A stretch of 64,000 bases of DNA from an uncultured virus (IMG/VR IMGVR_UViG_3300048799_000004) (IMGVR_UViG_3300048799_000004); one strand, 5' to 3'. Counted from the first letter of the stretch, positions 1 through 10,296 are shown. Numbers and translations: made by a program. The notes: a model not told the origin generated them from the sequence alone.

Positions 1-1
1 A

Positions 2-652
2 GCTGCATACATCTCGGAGTCAGTCGAGCGCTGTGGGATCAACCCGGAGTCTATGGATGTCGAGCATCTGATCTCAATTCGTCGTTCGCTCAACTTCATG
101 TTCGCAGCGTGGACAGCGCGCGGCTTTAAGCAGCCCTGGATGACGACGTACTCAGTGACGCTCACGCAGGGACAGATTCAGATCCCGCTCATCAGTCCCG
201 CCATCGATGTGTTCCATTCCTACCTGACTCGGGATGGCTATGACGTTGAGACATACAAGATCAGCCGCTCAGACTACGAATCGATCCCTGACAAGATGCA
301 GCAGGGTCGGCCGACGATGTATTGGGTGAACAACAACACGGTCAATGCCAACGGTGCGCCAGTCATCTACATCTGGCAGGCATCACAGAACGATACGGAC
401 ATCTGGAATAGCTCGGTATTCAACCGCGCTCAAGACGCCGGGCAATCCAACAACACGCTGTTCATTCCCTACGTGTGGACTGAGGCAGCTGTATGCGGGC
501 TCGCAGCCAAGTTCGCACAGAAGTGGCGACCTGAGCGGTATGCAGGGCTGAAGGTTGAAGCGGCTGAAGAGTTCAAGATCGCTATGGATAGCACGCGCGA
601 GAAGGCTAACACGCGCATTAGGGTACGCACGAACGGCTGGGGTTGGAAATGA
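2..652 (+). CDS. Head-tail adaptor/connector-like virion protein (5' end outside window)
   Basis: Frame is open from base 2 (AAYISESVERCG...). The ERCG...RRSLNxMFAxWxxRG and QGRPTxYW motifs resemble the adaptor that follows the capsid genes in this phage group. Confidence 0.6.
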   Translation, partial: AAYISESVERCGINPESMDVEHLISIRRSLNFMFAAWTARGFKQPWMTTYSVTLTQGQIQIPLISPAIDVFHSYLTRDGYDVETYKISRSDYESIPDKMQQGRPTMYWVNNNTVNANGAPVIYIWQASQNDTDIWNSSVFNRAQDAGQSNNTLFIPYVWTEAAVCGLAAKFAQKWRPERYAGLKVEAAEEFKIAMDSTREKANTRIRVRTNGWGWK

Positions 653-729
653 ACGCCGTTCTTGGGCGGGTAAAGGACAGCGTTGTGGTGCTTGATGCGC
701 TCAAGGCGTATCTGAAGCGGGGAGACTAA
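649..729 (+). CDS. 26-aa small ORF (MNAVLGRVKDSVVVLDALKAYLKRGD)
   Basis: ATGA overlap with the upstream stop; ends 1 nt before the next gene; fills the gap exactly. Confidence 0.4.
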   Translation: MNAVLGRVKDSVVVLDALKAYLKRGD

Positions 730-730
730 C

Positions 731-1645
731 ATCCCATACGCACGCGACAAAAACGCCATTGCCATCTGCAACCGCAGCGGCCAGAAGATGCTGCGTAAAG
801 ACATGGTCGAGGATGGCTATCTACGCGGCTTGCTTGTGCATCCTGAGTGGTATGACGGCCCGCAGCAGCAGGAAGAGCCGTTCGATCCTGAAGAGGGTAT
901 TGCCATTGAGAAGCCTGCGCCGGACAACGTACAGCCCAATGCTATCCCGCCTGTCATCACTGGCGCGATAGTCGCGGGCGCTGCTGTGCTCAACTGGACG
1001 CAGCAAGACACGCCTTGGGGCACGCTTAAGTGCTGGTATGTCTGGAGCTTGACACCAGGGAATGCGACCTACCTGCGCATCGCACAGGTTTTCCCGGTCA
1101 TTCCGGTGGACCTATTCATCCCTGGACCTGACCTGATCGCTGGCGATCCGCCTCCAGTCGTGACTGGGCTCACCTACACTGACGATGCATGGGTGAGCGG
1201 CACGTCCTACTATGTGACAGGAACATGGTGGGGGCAGAATGAAGGCTTGACGCCTACCGGCCCGAGCAACGTTGTCACGCTCTCATATCCGGTGATCGTC
1301 CTGACGGCTGGCTACGTAGGCTTCGATCAGTACTATGGATTCGTGGACAGCTACGGCTCGATTGCTCCGACGACGATCAATGGGTACACGGTCATCAGCC
1401 TCTATTCGGCTGACAATGGACCGCCGTCCACGCTGAACATCTCTATCGATAAGCTCGGTGGAGTCATGCCAGTGCAGGGCATGTTCACGAGCCTAGGGTT
1501 CACTGACCAACACGAAAACGCCGTCCTGGTGGACACTTCAGCTGCTACCTATGCGACGCACGGAACGTATGCGACGTGGGAGTGGGATCTTACGAACGCT
1601 TCACCATTCGCCAATCATGGCGTCTATGACATCACGGTGATTTAA
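731..1645 (+). CDS. Virion structural protein with a conserved YAxxKNAIAICxRxG N-terminus and a beta-rich C-terminal extension; probable ATC start (ORF track starts at 788)
   Basis: GGAG at 721-724, ATC at 731, in-frame stop at 713-715. The conserved motif lies upstream of ATG 788. Confidence 0.55.
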   Translation: MPYARDKNAIAICNRSGQKMLRKDMVEDGYLRGLLVHPEWYDGPQQQEEPFDPEEGIAIEKPAPDNVQPNAIPPVITGAIVAGAAVLNWTQQDTPWGTLKCWYVWSLTPGNATYLRIAQVFPVIPVDLFIPGPDLIAGDPPPVVTGLTYTDDAWVSGTSYYVTGTWWGQNEGLTPTGPSNVVTLSYPVIVLTAGYVGFDQYYGFVDSYGSIAPTTINGYTVISLYSADNGPPSTLNISIDKLGGVMPVQGMFTSLGFTDQHENAVLVDTSAATYATHGTYATWEWDLTNASPFANHGVYDITVI

Positions 1646-2358
1646 TGACTGGCTTGGCATTTACCTACACGACCCTCACGAACGCTGCGCAAACATGGCT
1701 CGATGACACTGATTCTGATTGGGTGAACGCGACGACGCTGGCTCAGCTGGTCTACCTGTCAGAAAACCGGGTTACAATAGACCTGGATCTCACGATTTTC
1801 GATACCGTATCGACCGGGCAGTCCTACGCGTCCAGCAACACAACCGGCCTTGTGGCGCGACCTTCCGGCATCATCGTGACAGACGCGCTGGGATACCTGA
1901 TCCCAACGGGCTCGCCATCGGCTGGTAAGTTCGTCCCGATACTGCTGCGCGACTATGGCTGGGTGAAGGACTATCTCGTCCCCGGCTTTACTGGTCCTCC
2001 GCAGTATTATGCCGAGGTTGACATCACAAACTGGATCATCGCCCCGTTCCCTGATGTGACCTATGGTCTCGTCAACTGGGGACCATATGCGCCTGCATCG
2101 CTGAACGACAGCGGCAGCGCAACATGGCTCAGCACCAATGTGTCCGAGCTACTGCTCCTAGCGATGTTGGTCGAGGTATCGCTGCTCCTGAAGAACACAG
2201 CGCGACTCTCGGCAGCGATGACGGATTACACGGCGAAGCTCAGCAGCGACAAGGTTCGCATGCGCGCTCTGCGCCGCAAGGACATGTCAGTGCTCCAGGG
2301 CGAAGGTCTTGGGATGCCAGATGGAAAAACACCGGCCTCTAACCCGGCACAGGAATAG
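1645..2358 (+). CDS. Head-tail adaptor / tail tubular protein A-like
   Basis: TYTTL...Q.WL, E.R...DL, GxPxYYA, IAPxPD and TWLS.N...LLL motifs; position in the module. Confidence 0.6.
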   Translation: MTGLAFTYTTLTNAAQTWLDDTDSDWVNATTLAQLVYLSENRVTIDLDLTIFDTVSTGQSYASSNTTGLVARPSGIIVTDALGYLIPTGSPSAGKFVPILLRDYGWVKDYLVPGFTGPPQYYAEVDITNWIIAPFPDVTYGLVNWGPYAPASLNDSGSATWLSTNVSELLLLAMLVEVSLLLKNTARLSAAMTDYTAKLSSDKVRMRALRRKDMSVLQGEGLGMPDGKTPASNPAQE

Positions 2359-2362
2359 GTAG

Positions 2363-4015
2363 ATGGTCTCATATACACCGGCATTAGGATTGACGCTTCA
2401 GGTTGCTGGCACTGACTCCAACACTTGGGGCGGCGTTGCGAATGCTCTCTTCCAGATGTTGGAGAACTCCATCGCTGGCTACGATGCGATCACGCTAGGC
2501 TCTACCAACGTAGATCTGTCTGCGCCGACTCCAGGCTCAGCGAGCCCGGCGTACAACGCGATCCTTGCGTTCAATGGCACGCTGTCGGCGAATATCATCG
2601 TCACGATACCGAACGTCAACAAGACCTACCTCGTCAATAACGCGACCTCAGGCGCATACACGGTGAAGTTGCAGACAGCAACTCCAACGACTGCGCTTGT
2701 GCTTCCCCAGGGCGGCGTGACCTTATGCTACTGCGATGGCAATCTAAACGTCATCAGCGCAGCGGGCAATGCATCGACCTTGGGCGGCTCGGCCGCGTCC
2801 ACATATGCACGACTCGATCCGAACGTAAGCAGCACTGGCGGTGGTGTCGCTCCGAGCAACGTCAACTTCAACCAGAATAGCTACCCGTTCTACCAGATAC
2901 CGTACACGTCAACGCCGTCTCTCGACGCGTTCAATGGCAACAGCCAGTTGATCGTTCTGACTGGAGATGCCGCGTTCACCACGACAGGCGTTCGTGATGG
3001 GCAGCCGATGACATTGATCGTTGCCCAGGACAGTGGCGGCGCACACGCGTGCTCGTTCTCAAGTAGCTTCGTATTCCCGAACGGCAACAACGCAATCGAC
3101 CAATCAGCCAATGGCTTCACGGTCATCGAGATGGTATTCCTGAACTCGCTCGACGCGTGGATCTGCAATATCCCTGTTACCGGCTACACGACAGGCTCAG
3201 CTGTGCCGTTCGCCATCACGATCTCAAACAACACGCACAACTTCAATCTGCTCGCGGCAATGGGCGGCACGGTCTCAGGCACGCCAAACATCACGATCAC
3301 TGTCGCGCCGGGAGTCCTGGTTAGTTCGATGACGCCACTACTGCCTGCGATGGATCTCTCAGGCATGCCTTCTGGCTCAGTCGTGAACCTCATCAACCTC
3401 GGCTACATCCAGGGCGGTGGTGGATATGGTGGTGATGGCGGATGGCAGATCATGACCGGCTCAGGCGGCAACCAGACGGGCATTTTATCTCAAGCTGGTG
3501 GCGATGGCGGTCCCGCGATCTTCGGGCCCGGCTCAAGCACGACGCTGTACATCACGAACTCTGGGTACATCTGGGGCGGCGGTGGAGGCGGAGGCGGTGG
3601 TGGACTTGGCGCAGCTAACTCAGGCGCAGCAACACTAGTTGCCAACGGTGGCGGTGGCGGATGCGGTGCTGGCGGCAATCAGCGCTTTGGTAAGGGCGCG
3701 ACCGCAATCAACCCTGACACCGGATCATATCCGGCGACAGATGGCGGCTGCTCGATCATCGGCATAGCTGGTACTGATGCCAATGGTGCCGGTGGCGCTG
3801 GCAATGCATCAGGCTCAGGCATGGCAGGCGGCGCTGGTGGCGATGGCGGCAACTGGGGTGCAGCTGGTACGGCTGGCGGCGATGGCGGTGGCGGCACATA
3901 CACTGACGCAGGCGGCGCAGCTGGCGATGCTGGCAACGCTGTCCTCATCAACTCTTCGGCGGTGACCTTCAAGACAGGAGGATTGACTCCGCACGTCAAG
4001 GGAGCAATCGGCTAA
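2363..4015 (+). CDS. Tail fibre/adhesin with a C-terminal Gly-rich gp38-like domain
   Basis: N-terminal SYTPxLGL...TWG anchor. C-terminal N.GYI.GGGG.GG, NSGYIWGGGGGGGGG, GG.GG.WG and GGAAG.AG.A motifs, as in T-even gp38-type adhesins. Confidence 0.65.
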   Translation: MVSYTPALGLTLQVAGTDSNTWGGVANALFQMLENSIAGYDAITLGSTNVDLSAPTPGSASPAYNAILAFNGTLSANIIVTIPNVNKTYLVNNATSGAYTVKLQTATPTTALVLPQGGVTLCYCDGNLNVISAAGNASTLGGSAASTYARLDPNVSSTGGGVAPSNVNFNQNSYPFYQIPYTSTPSLDAFNGNSQLIVLTGDAAFTTTGVRDGQPMTLIVAQDSGGAHACSFSSSFVFPNGNNAIDQSANGFTVIEMVFLNSLDAWICNIPVTGYTTGSAVPFAITISNNTHNFNLLAAMGGTVSGTPNITITVAPGVLVSSMTPLLPAMDLSGMPSGSVVNLINLGYIQGGGGYGGDGGWQIMTGSGGNQTGILSQAGGDGGPAIFGPGSSTTLYITNSGYIWGGGGGGGGGGLGAANSGAATLVANGGGGGCGAGGNQRFGKGATAINPDTGSYPATDGGCSIIGIAGTDANGAGGAGNASGSGMAGGAGGDGGNWGAAGTAGGDGGGGTYTDAGGAAGDAGNAVLINSSAVTFKTGGLTPHVKGAIG

Positions 4016-5901
4016 TGGCTGCTCTCACTCGCCCCGGAGTAGGGTTGCAACCAGGAGCAGATAACGAACCTGCGCTTGCCGCTGCATCTGCTGCGCCTAA
4101 AGCACCGGCACAGGCCGATTCTGCGTCTACGAAACCGTCAGACTACCAGTCATACTCGACCGCTGGGGGAAATAACCCCAACGCATCTACGGCCGCTACT
4201 GGCGGCGGGCTCACCGCGTTTCAGTCGTATGAGGCTGCGCATCCTTCTCCTCCTCCGACTACGCAGACGACCACACCAACGTCTCCGCTCGCAACGTCAA
4301 CGTCCACTACTCCAAAGGCTACGATCACCCCTACTGTGCCGGGTGCTAAGCCAACTACTACTCCAAAGACGACTGGCACAAGCTCTGGATCTGCAGCGGC
4401 TCCAAAGACTCAGCCAGGCCCATTCGGCGCTACTGTGCCAGCTGCTAGCAGCACCGGCTCGACCACAGATGGATATGGCGTCGTTATCCAAAACAGTCCT
4501 CCAGCTACTGCCAGTTCGGCCGCTCTCGTCAAGGACGCCGGAACTGGTCCTGGTGGCATCTTCGAGCCAATGTCTACTGGGTATGGCGGCGCTCTAGTGA
4601 ATGACCAGACGAGCGGCACATACGGTGTAATGAACGGCGGCAACATGACTGCGGCTCAGGCTGCGGACTATGCGAAGACAGTCAACAACCCAAACGCTGC
4701 TAACAACAGCGCGGTCATCAACTGGTCCAAGGCATTGCCCGGCGCGCAAACGTATGCAGGATCGACGAACGGTCAGCAGGTCACAAAGGACATCAGCTCA
4801 GGCAACTATGCCGCAGCATTCGCCCTGGCTAACTCAACTGGCGGTGGCGCATACCTTCTGCACGGTGCAACGCTCTCCGGGTTCGGTGGCGACTCGATCA
4901 ATACATCACAGCAGTATGCAGCGTTCTATGCGGCTGCTCAACCGTATATCGCAAAGCTCAGTGGCACACCATCAGGCGGCACTGGGAGGGTAGGTGGAGG
5001 CGGTGGACCCAGCGACCTCAATACTGAGTGGGGCAACGACACTAGCACGAGCGCTACTACTGACTACAACACTACGAAGGGAGGCAAGGGAACAGATCCA
5101 GATCTAGCGACCTACGCCTCTAACGACACAGCATACGAAGCTCAGAACCGCGACAATAACATCGGCATGGGCGTGTTTACTATCGATGCTGCAGGTATGT
5201 TCCTCACCGCAGGGGCTGCAGGCTCTGCCATAGGTGGAGCTATGGGTCTCACTGGCACAGCAGCATCGGCGGCTGGCGGTGCAACCATCGCAGGATTGCA
5301 GGGCACCGCGACAGATCTAGTTGAAGGCGAAGGTATCGGAAAGTCTCTCGTAGGTGGCGCAATAGACGCAGGAGAGGCCGCGCTCAAGCCGTACGTTCAG
5401 GGCGCAATCAGCAGCGTTGGTAGCTCGATTGGTGGCTCGACAGGTATCAATATCCCATCTGGAGTGGGGAGCACCATAGCAGGGGGAGTTACTGGCTATC
5501 TGCGCAACGGTGTGGCCGGAGCCGTTCAAGGCGCTGGCGGTTCGTTGCTCAACTCTCTCCCGTCACCGTCAGCTGGATCATCATTCAGCGGTCTAGGTGG
5601 TGTTGCCGGTCAGATCGCAAAGGTTGCTGCTCCGACCGTAGCAGGCGGCGTGCTAGCTGACAACACTGGCGGCGAAACGGGCGGCACGGGCGGCTATTGG
5701 AATGGCTACGGACAATGGATCGCTGCAGGCGGCGACTCATCCACGAACACACAGAAGAGCACCAGCACTGGCACTGGCTTCACGCCTACCAACAACAACG
5801 TCACGCCATTGCAGGCGCACATTCAGGCTCGCGCAACAGCTGCTCAGCAAGCGCAGACCCTCGCGGCATCGCGAGCGGCACGTAAGCAGAAGTACGGCTA
5901 A
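4015..5901 (+). CDS. Low-complexity T/S/G/A-rich protein with hydrophobic Gly/Ala helices; possible virion or ejection protein
   Basis: 628-aa ORF coupled by TAATG overlaps at both ends. Confidence 0.5.
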   Translation: MAALTRPGVGLQPGADNEPALAAASAAPKAPAQADSASTKPSDYQSYSTAGGNNPNASTAATGGGLTAFQSYEAAHPSPPPTTQTTTPTSPLATSTSTTPKATITPTVPGAKPTTTPKTTGTSSGSAAAPKTQPGPFGATVPAASSTGSTTDGYGVVIQNSPPATASSAALVKDAGTGPGGIFEPMSTGYGGALVNDQTSGTYGVMNGGNMTAAQAADYAKTVNNPNAANNSAVINWSKALPGAQTYAGSTNGQQVTKDISSGNYAAAFALANSTGGGAYLLHGATLSGFGGDSINTSQQYAAFYAAAQPYIAKLSGTPSGGTGRVGGGGGPSDLNTEWGNDTSTSATTDYNTTKGGKGTDPDLATYASNDTAYEAQNRDNNIGMGVFTIDAAGMFLTAGAAGSAIGGAMGLTGTAASAAGGATIAGLQGTATDLVEGEGIGKSLVGGAIDAGEAALKPYVQGAISSVGSSIGGSTGINIPSGVGSTIAGGVTGYLRNGVAGAVQGAGGSLLNSLPSPSAGSSFSGLGGVAGQIAKVAAPTVAGGVLADNTGGETGGTGGYWNGYGQWIAAGGDSSTNTQKSTSTGTGFTPTNNNVTPLQAHIQARATAAQQAQTLAASRAARKQKYG

Positions 5902-8138
5902 TGCTTAAGTTACCGTATGAACGGCAAAAGATCGAAGACGATATGCTGCCGATGCAGGTTGCTCCAGGCATCCTGTCAGTGCTCGCAGACAACGAAGCTC
6001 AGGGGCGATGGAAGCTCGGAAACCTCGTGCGCTTCGCTCCGTCATCCGGCCTCGCTCAGAAGATAGGCGGATGGGTTGACATCACTCCTGGCACCATCGT
6101 AGGTGCATGCCGCAATACGCATGACTGGCAGTCGCTCGATGGTCAGCAGTGGACTGCGATTGGCACGAACTCACACCTGTACATCTACAACCAGGGCACG
6201 ATCTATGACATCACTCCTGTGATCTCTACCGGTACGCTCACGAATCCGTTCACGACTACAAACACTTCAACTTCTGTCACAGTCATAGATACCAACTACA
6301 CCAATCAGCAGGTTGGTGACTACGTCACGTTCGCAGGCTTCTCAACGTTCCACGGGGTAACGCTCAATGGACAATACGAAATATACGACGTCAATGCACC
6401 AGGGCAGTACACCATCATTGCAGGAAATGCTGCTACTGGAAATGGCGCTGGCGGCGGCACAGGCAGCGCTAAATACAATGTTGCCTCGATGGAAGCAAGC
6501 TCGGTCCTCCAATACGGCTGGGGCACAGGCACCTGGGGCGCAGGTACGTGGGGTACACCCCGTGATGGACTTATCCACTCAGGATCATCCTCACCGTATT
6601 CTCAAGTCTCAAACCTCTGGTCCCAGGTTGGCATGTGGTCCCTACAAAACTGGGGGGAGGATCTCATTGCGTCTCCTCGCGGAGGCAGCATCTACATCTG
6701 GAAACACTCCACAGGACCAGGGGCCGCAGCAGTACTGATCTCGCCGAACGCGCCGCTCTACAACAACGTCGTAATCGTTGCGACTGACCAGCGCCAAATC
6801 ATCTGCTTCGGCACGAGCATCCTCAATGCTGACGACCAGCCAACAGGCACGCTCGATCCGAACTACATCGCGTGGTGCGCGGCTGAAGACTACACGACAT
6901 GGTTCCCTGCGGTTACGAACAACGCCGGGGACCTACGCTTGAATGCAGGCTCAGGCATCATCGCCGTGACGAAGACTCGCGGCGGATACTTCGTTGCCTG
7001 CACAGATAGCTGCGCCTACTTCACTCCTACCGGCGACACGAACGTGTATGCATCGACTGGATTGGGCAAGAGCACGCGCGCAATGGGACCTAACGCGGCC
7101 GTGGACTTCAACGGCATCAGCTACCTCATGGCGGTGGACAACTTCATGCTCTACAACGGCACACTGTCAGTGATGCCGTGCGACGTGTGGAACGAGGTAT
7201 TCGGGTCACCGGAGACCGGCACGAACCTCGATCTGCAGCAGTCTGAGAAGTGTTTCGCGTTCGTCAATCGCACGTTCAGTGAGATCTGGTGGGTTTACCC
7301 GAGCGTTGCTGGCACTGGCGAGAACGACTCCTACGTCTGCTACAACTTCCTGCTGAGCGTGTGGAGCACTGGCACATGGCTAGGTCAGGGCGCGTCTGGA
7401 AACAACATGGGCGACATCAACCGCTCATGCGGCCATGACGTGTCGGATCAGTTCTTCGCGCCCTACATGTTCTGTTACAACACGGCTGCCAACACTTCTA
7501 GCATGTATCAGCACGAGACAGGCAACCTTGCGAACGGCTCGCCGAACTTCGGTGAGTTCATCGAGTCATGGGACGTGGACGTAATGCAGTCTGGACAGCT
7601 AGTCAACACGCACCACATGGTTCCGAACTTCAAGGGCACGCTTATAAGCACGGCGACTGTCGGCCCGTTCGTACTCACAGCTGCTGGTGTGGCTGATGCC
7701 GGATCAACGATCTACACGGGCACGCTCACCGGAGGCGGCTCGAATGCATTCGCTGGTCTTACCTTCGTTATCACTGGGTTCGCTGACAGCACAGACAACG
7801 GCACGTTCGTGTGCTCTGCATCGAGCGTCACGACAATCACCTTGGATAACGCTGTGGCGAATGGCGAGACGCACGCAGGCACAGCAACTACGTCGCCTTC
7901 AACTATCCCAGGCACTATCCAGGTCGTGGTGAAGATCCGCAAATACCCTGTTGATGCCTACAAGCTCAAGGGACCATACACAGTGACTGGTCTCACGCAG
8001 AAGGTAAGCGCGCGCGCCAAAGGCCGACAGATCGCGATACGCGTCTATGACTCCGCTCCTGGTCTCGGCAGCACCGCTGGTATCCCGTGGACAATGGGAA
8101 CGTGGCGTACACAAACGGGCGAAGATGGCGATAGGTAA
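5901..8138 (+). CDS. Tail tubular protein B / nozzle-like protein
   Basis: PGI...GRW...VRF...KIGGW, GWGxGxWG, WSLxNWGEDL, EIWWxYPS and C-terminal RA.GRQ.AIR motifs. Confidence 0.7.
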   Translation: MLKLPYERQKIEDDMLPMQVAPGILSVLADNEAQGRWKLGNLVRFAPSSGLAQKIGGWVDITPGTIVGACRNTHDWQSLDGQQWTAIGTNSHLYIYNQGTIYDITPVISTGTLTNPFTTTNTSTSVTVIDTNYTNQQVGDYVTFAGFSTFHGVTLNGQYEIYDVNAPGQYTIIAGNAATGNGAGGGTGSAKYNVASMEASSVLQYGWGTGTWGAGTWGTPRDGLIHSGSSSPYSQVSNLWSQVGMWSLQNWGEDLIASPRGGSIYIWKHSTGPGAAAVLISPNAPLYNNVVIVATDQRQIICFGTSILNADDQPTGTLDPNYIAWCAAEDYTTWFPAVTNNAGDLRLNAGSGIIAVTKTRGGYFVACTDSCAYFTPTGDTNVYASTGLGKSTRAMGPNAAVDFNGISYLMAVDNFMLYNGTLSVMPCDVWNEVFGSPETGTNLDLQQSEKCFAFVNRTFSEIWWVYPSVAGTGENDSYVCYNFLLSVWSTGTWLGQGASGNNMGDINRSCGHDVSDQFFAPYMFCYNTAANTSSMYQHETGNLANGSPNFGEFIESWDVDVMQSGQLVNTHHMVPNFKGTLISTATVGPFVLTAAGVADAGSTIYTGTLTGGGSNAFAGLTFVITGFADSTDNGTFVCSASSVTTITLDNAVANGETHAGTATTSPSTIPGTIQVVVKIRKYPVDAYKLKGPYTVTGLTQKVSARAKGRQIAIRVYDSAPGLGSTAGIPWTMGTWRTQTGEDGDR

Positions 8139-10279
8139 TGGTCAATCCTGTCGCATCTCCGCGAATCATACCGATCAACTTCACCAAGACCTATGAGCAC
8201 GAAAAGCAAAATAGGCTCATGCAAGACGTGCTCAGTCTGCAGGATCGCGTCACTGCGCTTCAGAGCGCGATCAACGAAGCTGGTGGCACAGTCCCTGGTG
8301 GCGGAACGACCGGCTATGTCCTGACGAAGGAAGCTGTCGGCTACGGCTGGCAGCCTGTTGACGCGCAAGTATCCTGGGCAGACATCACCGACAAGCCTAC
8401 ACTCTTCCCGATGCAACCGGCGCAGTTCGCGAACCCTGCGCTCACTCCAAACTTCCTCGTGCAGAAGCTCGACGTCGGCCAAGTGCTACTCGCGAGCGGA
8501 TCGACACAGGCAGGCTTCGGCTTCCTACCATTCGGTTACCTCGCCGGGGTGGATCTCACGAGCCCGACAGACGGGCAAGTGCTCGGGTTCTCAGGCGGTG
8601 AGTGGAAGAACGTCCCCGCGCCTGCGCCAGCATTCTCCGGGCTCACGACCGGCACCATCTACACCGCGACTAGCCCCACATCAGCGAAGTTCCTGCCGCT
8701 CACTCTGCCGGTCATCCAAGGTCCACCTGGACCGCAAGGCGACCCTGGTGACGACGGACAGGACGGCTGGAGCATCCAAGGGGCTGCAGGCAAAGCAGGA
8801 GCCTCAGGCTTGCCTGGATCGGCCGGACCCCCTGGCATGGATGGCACAGACGGCGAGGACGGCTCTCAGGGCTCCCCAGGGGCTGCTGGACCGGCTGGCG
8901 CTGCTGGACCGGCTGGCTCGCAGGGATTACCAGGAGCGGCGTTTATCCAGACAGACTGCGATGACCCTGATATGCCTGTCATTCGTCCGTTCGATAAGAA
9001 TGACCTGGACCGTCTTGGGGTAGAAGTAGGAGAAATACCAGTTCGCGGTTCTGCCGGTACTGGGTGGACTGTTCTTACGAATGCTCAGGCCGGGTATGTT
9101 CTGGTTGGCACTGGAGGGGTTCCAGTGTGGGAAAGGATGCCGCCGACAATACTGCCTGCAGTTCCGCCCCCTCCAAACGTAGACTGCGATGATCCAGATT
9201 CCCCGATGTCGATACCTGGACCTCAAGGGCAAGCTGGAGCGACTGGAGCTACCGGTGTGGCTGGAGCGTCAGGTGCTCCTGGCTGGGATGGGTCTGACGG
9301 AGAAGACGGACAGAACGGTCAGCCTGGGCTCACTGGATTAACTGGCGCTACCGGCGCGCAAGGCATACAAGGCGTAGTTGGCCCGGCCGGATGGGATGGG
9401 CAAGACGGCGACCAGGGCGACCAAGGCTCTCCTGGTATCACAGGCAATACTGGCGCAACCGGTGCGCAAGGCGCAGCTGGCCAGCAAGGTCCGGCTGGTG
9501 TTGGTATCGAAGGACCAGACGGCGAAGATGGGGCGCAGGGCCCGCAAGGATTAACTGGAGCTGCCGGACCACAAGGAACAACTGGAAATACAGGACCGCA
9601 GGGGCTACCAGGAGGTCAAAGCTTTTATTCAGACATCTACGATGAAGAGCCATCACCATCTACGATGATTGGCGCAGACAACAACTCCTTGGAGATAGTC
9701 ACAGCTCCATGGACGTTTGTTGCTCCTGTAGTGTACTCCCCAACCTCAGGCGTTGGTGTCACAGTAAACGCCACTTCTAGTAACTGGGCAGTAGAGATCA
9801 ATGGCAACTCCGCTTCTGGAGGCTCGTATGGGCTATTGATAACCGCAGGCACAACAGCTGCGGATACTGCCTTTGATGTTCGCAATCAACCTGCGACTAG
9901 CGCCCTCTTCACGGTAGGTGGCACCGGCATCATCAACTGCGCGAGCTACGTCCAGTTGAACGGAGACGCGAACGCTGGTCTTCTCGTCAGTAACAGCAGC
10001 GGTACGGCAGGGGAAATTGCATCTGTATATGGCGTTTATGGTAGCGGCTCGAAGGCTAATCTGGCGATCTACTCCGCTGGCGCGATCAGTCTTTACGCAT
10101 CCAACCCCGCTGTTGGAGCCCCTACTCTTACGCTAAGCGCTGCTGCGACAACCGGCGCTAAAACCGCGTCGTTTACCTCTACGAATAAACCAGGAACCAC
10201 GAACCAGACTACACCTGCCTCGTGGCTCCCTGTGACGTGCGGAACTACGCTTTACTACATCCCGTTGTTCATTGCTTAG
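8138..10279 (+). CDS. Collagen-like (Gly-X-Y) fibre protein
   Basis: Two long GXY blocks, followed by a beta-rich C-terminal domain ending in YYIPLF. Confidence 0.75.
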   Translation: MVNPVASPRIIPINFTKTYEHEKQNRLMQDVLSLQDRVTALQSAINEAGGTVPGGGTTGYVLTKEAVGYGWQPVDAQVSWADITDKPTLFPMQPAQFANPALTPNFLVQKLDVGQVLLASGSTQAGFGFLPFGYLAGVDLTSPTDGQVLGFSGGEWKNVPAPAPAFSGLTTGTIYTATSPTSAKFLPLTLPVIQGPPGPQGDPGDDGQDGWSIQGAAGKAGASGLPGSAGPPGMDGTDGEDGSQGSPGAAGPAGAAGPAGSQGLPGAAFIQTDCDDPDMPVIRPFDKNDLDRLGVEVGEIPVRGSAGTGWTVLTNAQAGYVLVGTGGVPVWERMPPTILPAVPPPPNVDCDDPDSPMSIPGPQGQAGATGATGVAGASGAPGWDGSDGEDGQNGQPGLTGLTGATGAQGIQGVVGPAGWDGQDGDQGDQGSPGITGNTGATGAQGAAGQQGPAGVGIEGPDGEDGAQGPQGLTGAAGPQGTTGNTGPQGLPGGQSFYSDIYDEEPSPSTMIGADNNSLEIVTAPWTFVAPVVYSPTSGVGVTVNATSSNWAVEINGNSASGGSYGLLITAGTTAADTAFDVRNQPATSALFTVGGTGIINCASYVQLNGDANAGLLVSNSSGTAGEIASVYGVYGSGSKANLAIYSAGAISLYASNPAVGAPTLTLSAAATTGAKTASFTSTNKPGTTNQTTPASWLPVTCGTTLYYIPLFIA
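8720..9615 (+). repeat. Collagen GXY codon repeats (two blocks, about 8720-8935 and 9218-9615)
   Basis: Visible GGN-NNN-NNN periodicity; translation GPPGPQGDPG etc. Confidence 0.85.
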
Positions 10280-10287
10280 CCCTGCGA

Positions 10288-10296
10288 TGATATAAT
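10288..10296 (+). promoter_or_regulatory. Extended -10 promoter element TGaTATAAT
   Basis: Perfect TATAAT with a TG extension in the intergenic gap; GGAG RBS follows before 10335. Confidence 0.55.

Noticed and set aside
2363..10279. Diversity-generating retroelement acting on the fibres
   Set aside because: No reverse transcriptase, and no TR/VR pair differing at adenines was seen.
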